From: Candidatus Saccharimonadales bacterium
GTDB taxonomy: Bacteria > Patescibacteriota > Saccharimonadia > Saccharimonadales > 2-12-FULL-41-12
DNA length: 64,000 bases
Assembly (NCBI GenBank): GCA_025451045.1
Contig: JANWLD010000001.1
Coordinates: forward strand, 5,812 to 69,811
Reading direction: 5' to 3'
Each line of letters starts with the position of its first letter. Position 1 is the stretch's first letter. A program made the translations under genes and the position numbers. Below are positions 61,830 through 64,000 of this stretch, one piece after another. A model generated the notes under the pieces. It was not told the DNA's origin. It was given only the letters and a program-made list of their open reading frames with translations, and did no database searches.

Positions 61830-63500
61830 CTACATCTTTTCTGGTATTACAATGCCGAGTAGTCTTAAGCCACTGCTTAGTACGTCTGCATAGCTCCTTA
61901 CAAGTTGCAGTCGTAAGTCCGCGCGCGGATCATCTATAACCCGATTGGTCTCATAAAAGCGATTAAAGGTTTGGGACAGTTCATAAAGATAAGTACAGAT
62001 ATGGTGTGGTGACAGTTCTTCCAAAGCCAGAGTAAGCACTTCCGGATACATCGAGATTTTCCGCGCCAACGAGCGTTCTTTTGGTTCTAAATCCAAGCTC
62101 TGGGCTCTGGGCTCTGGGCTCTGGACTTTGTCTAATATGCTTTTTGCCCGAACATAGGCATATTGCAAATATGGCCCGCTGTTGCCTTCCAGACTGGCTG
62201 ACTGTTTTGCATCAAATATTACGTCACTGCCAAGGCCTGATTTTAGGAATGAATATTTGACCGCAGCCAACACTATTTCGGGCGTAACCGCCGGGTTTAC
62301 CTCTTTGGATGAGTTTTCGGCCAAGTCCAATATATCGACGGCTTTGATGATATTACCTTGGCGGCTGCTCATCTTTTGCGCTCCCGGCAGTTTGACCATG
62401 CCATGGGTTAGATGGGTAGTTTTAGAGGCCAGCTCCGGCGCGAATTTTTTGATACTTGCCAATACAACCTGCATGTACTGGCTTATCTCGTTGGCGGTTA
62501 TTACTATTGAGCGATCAAAAGCGTAATCTTTTTCTTTTTGCAGGATTAGTCCGACTTCTTTGGCTTCATAAGTCGGCAACCCTTCTTTGGTTATGAACAC
62601 GCGGGTATGCAGGCCGTCTTTTTCGCCCTCGTAGACTACCGCGCCGTCAGACTCCGAATAGATTTTCGGGGTGTTTTCTTTGACTTTCGCCTGCCCTAGC
62701 TCAGCAACGGTACTTTCCGGATAATATTTTTCAAACTTTATGCTGACCCGAGCATAGAACTTATCAAAATAATCATAGCTCCAAGCTCGGGTTGTCCAAT
62801 AAATATTACCTAGCGGCGAATCTTCGTCTTTTTTAGTCGCTACCTCATATATTCTTTTGTTTAATTCGGCGATTTCGCTTTTGGCTTGTTCGCTTTCCTC
62901 ATATGCCTTATTGCCTTTGGTGTAACATTCGCCCAGCCAATCGGCTCGTTTATCTTCATTAATCTTGTCCAGCTCATCTGGTTTTTCGCCGTCCAGCTCC
63001 TTGATTACCGTCCAGAGGCTTTTGGCGACATGAAGCCCCACGTCGCCGCCGTAATTTACCCGGTGCACCTGCGCGCCAGCCGCTTCAAAGAGATTGGAAA
63101 TAGCATCACCGACGACTGAGGTATAAAGATGACCAGCGTGCAGGACCTTAAATGGATTCGGGTCGGAATACTCGGTCACGACTTTTTTACCGGACAGACT
63201 TTTGGCCGGTTTATGCGCGTTTTTGATTGAGGTGAACAAAACCGAATCCTTGAGAGTAATATTAATAAAGCCAGGCCCGGCTACGCTGACCTCGGCTATC
63301 TGTTCGTTTTTCTTTAGTTCCAAGGTGATTTGCCGGGCAATTTCAACAGGGCTTTTACTTAGTTCTTTGCTTAATTTCAAAGCCACGTTCGAAGAAAAAT
63401 CCCCGAACTTCTCCTCCGGCCGACTTAGCTCAACTTCAACATTACTATTAAACAGTTCCGAACAAACTGTTCTTATTTGTTTTTTTAACTCCTGCACCAT
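61830..63500 (-). CDS. argS: arginine--tRNA ligase
   Basis: 556 aa. HIGH-type HAGHLY, KMSKS-type KMSSRQG, and a DALR anticodon-binding domain. Contains an in-frame heptad array. Confidence 0.95.
   Translation of the reverse strand: MVQELKKQIRTVCSELFNSNVEVELSRPEEKFGDFSSNVALKLSKELSKSPVEIARQITLELKKNEQIAEVSVAGPGFINITLKDSVLFTSIKNAHKPAKSLSGKKVVTEYSDPNPFKVLHAGHLYTSVVGDAISNLFEAAGAQVHRVNYGGDVGLHVAKSLWTVIKELDGEKPDELDKINEDKRADWLGECYTKGNKAYEESEQAKSEIAELNKRIYEVATKKDEDSPLGNIYWTTRAWSYDYFDKFYARVSIKFEKYYPESTVAELGQAKVKENTPKIYSESDGAVVYEGEKDGLHTRVFITKEGLPTYEAKEVGLILQKEKDYAFDRSIVITANEISQYMQVVLASIKKFAPELASKTTHLTHGMVKLPGAQKMSSRQGNIIKAVDILDLAENSSKEVNPAVTPEIVLAAVKYSFLKSGLGSDVIFDAKQSASLEGNSGPYLQYAYVRAKSILDKVQSPEPRAQSLDLEPKERSLARKISMYPEVLTLALEELSPHHICTYLYELSQTFNRFYETNRVIDDPRADLRLQLVRSYADVLSSGLRLLGIVIPEKM
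62096..62130. repeat. heptad array, AGCT/GGCT flavour, inside the argS CDS
   Basis: AGCTCTG GGCTCTG GGCTCTG GGCTCTG GACTTTG. Encodes KVQSPEPRAQSL on the minus strand. Confidence 0.8.
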
Positions 63501-63515
63501 CTGTAGAAAAGTATA

Positions 63516-64000
63516 TCAGTCTTTAGCCTCAAGGTTGGCTTTGACTTGGCCATAAGCGTCCCGAAAAGCTATGCCGGAAGCCACAAGTTCATAAACTTGT
63601 TTGGTTGCGAATAAATCTTCAGTCATTGATTCTTTCAGCTTATCTTCGTTGACTTTAATTTTTGGAACAACTTCAATAAGCAACTTAAGAGTTGAGGTAG
63701 TTATTTCTACCGACTTTATAAGCGGTTCCTTGCCCAGCTGCAAATCCCTATGAAACCCGCTGGAGAGTCCCGTTAATAGCAGCTGTAGTTGACTCTGATA
63801 ACCGGTTACCAAGGCTCCATTGCCTCGCATGATTTCAAATAAATCATAGTTATTTTTGTTGGGCATTATTGACGAACCGGTAGTATATTCTTTCGGTAAA
63901 GAAAAATAACTGAATTCTTGAGTTGTAAAAAGCATCATATCACTGGCAAACTTACTCGCTAAAAGTGAAATCTGGCCCATCTGCGCAACCGTTGAAAGCT
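63516..64000 (-). CDS. argH: argininosuccinate lyase, C-terminal part (gene continues beyond right edge)
   Basis: Signature GSSIMPNKNNYD (GSSxMPxKxN). The frame stays open upstream of the ORF-track Met through to position 64000. Confidence 0.85.
   Translation of the reverse strand, partial: LSTVAQMGQISLLASKFASDMMLFTTQEFSYFSLPKEYTTGSSIMPNKNNYDLFEIMRGNGALVTGYQSQLQLLLTGLSSGFHRDLQLGKEPLIKSVEITTSTLKLLIEVVPKIKVNEDKLKESMTEDLFATKQVYELVASGIAFRDAYGQVKANLEAKD

Overview
This 64 kb window is gene-dense, with about 70 protein genes, one tRNA, and no rRNA or CRISPR. Most genes are on the minus strand. The genetic code is standard: TGA serves as a stop in several ATGA gene overlaps.

Content, left to right:
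- A complete type IV pilus locus at 6.2-18.8 kb: four minor pilins, pilD, pilA, pilC, pilT, pilB, a four-helix-bundle gene wedged in, small pilP/O/N-position genes, and pilM.
- A surface-protein block at 19.4-25.6 kb: a 983-aa secreted protein, a SurA/parvulin-like partner, and three tandem 'MPEQDPSRFE' paralogs plus a remnant.
- A phd-doc toxin-antitoxin pair fused onto ychF.
- Long runs of housekeeping genes: pabAB, ndk, xerC, efp, rpsF-ssb-rpsR, ftsK, rnj, pnp, rpsO, truB, rpsT, holA, mutM, polA, rpoD, dnaG, orn, msrB, mscL, argS, argH.

The gene set and compact architecture suggest a small-genome Patescibacteria/CPR (Saccharibacteria-like) bacterium. This is inference only.

The most unusual signal is non-coding. 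At least 14 short arrays of 4-5 phased heptanucleotides occur in TAGG/CCTA, AGCT and GGTA flavours, usually as inverted pairs. They sit exactly at cistron junctions of conserved operons, bracket both four-helix-bundle (S23p/Avd-like) genes, and one lies in frame inside argS.

A second repeat family is an 85-100 nt hairpin element with compensatory stem changes (2 copies). One copy sits between two copies of the rpoD 3' end.

Other oddities:
- DnaG lacks all four zinc ligands.
- A DHH-family protein has DHH replaced by DKK.
- The second four-helix-bundle gene carries an in-frame TAA.

All calls were made by eye from the sequence and the ORF track. No database search was run.
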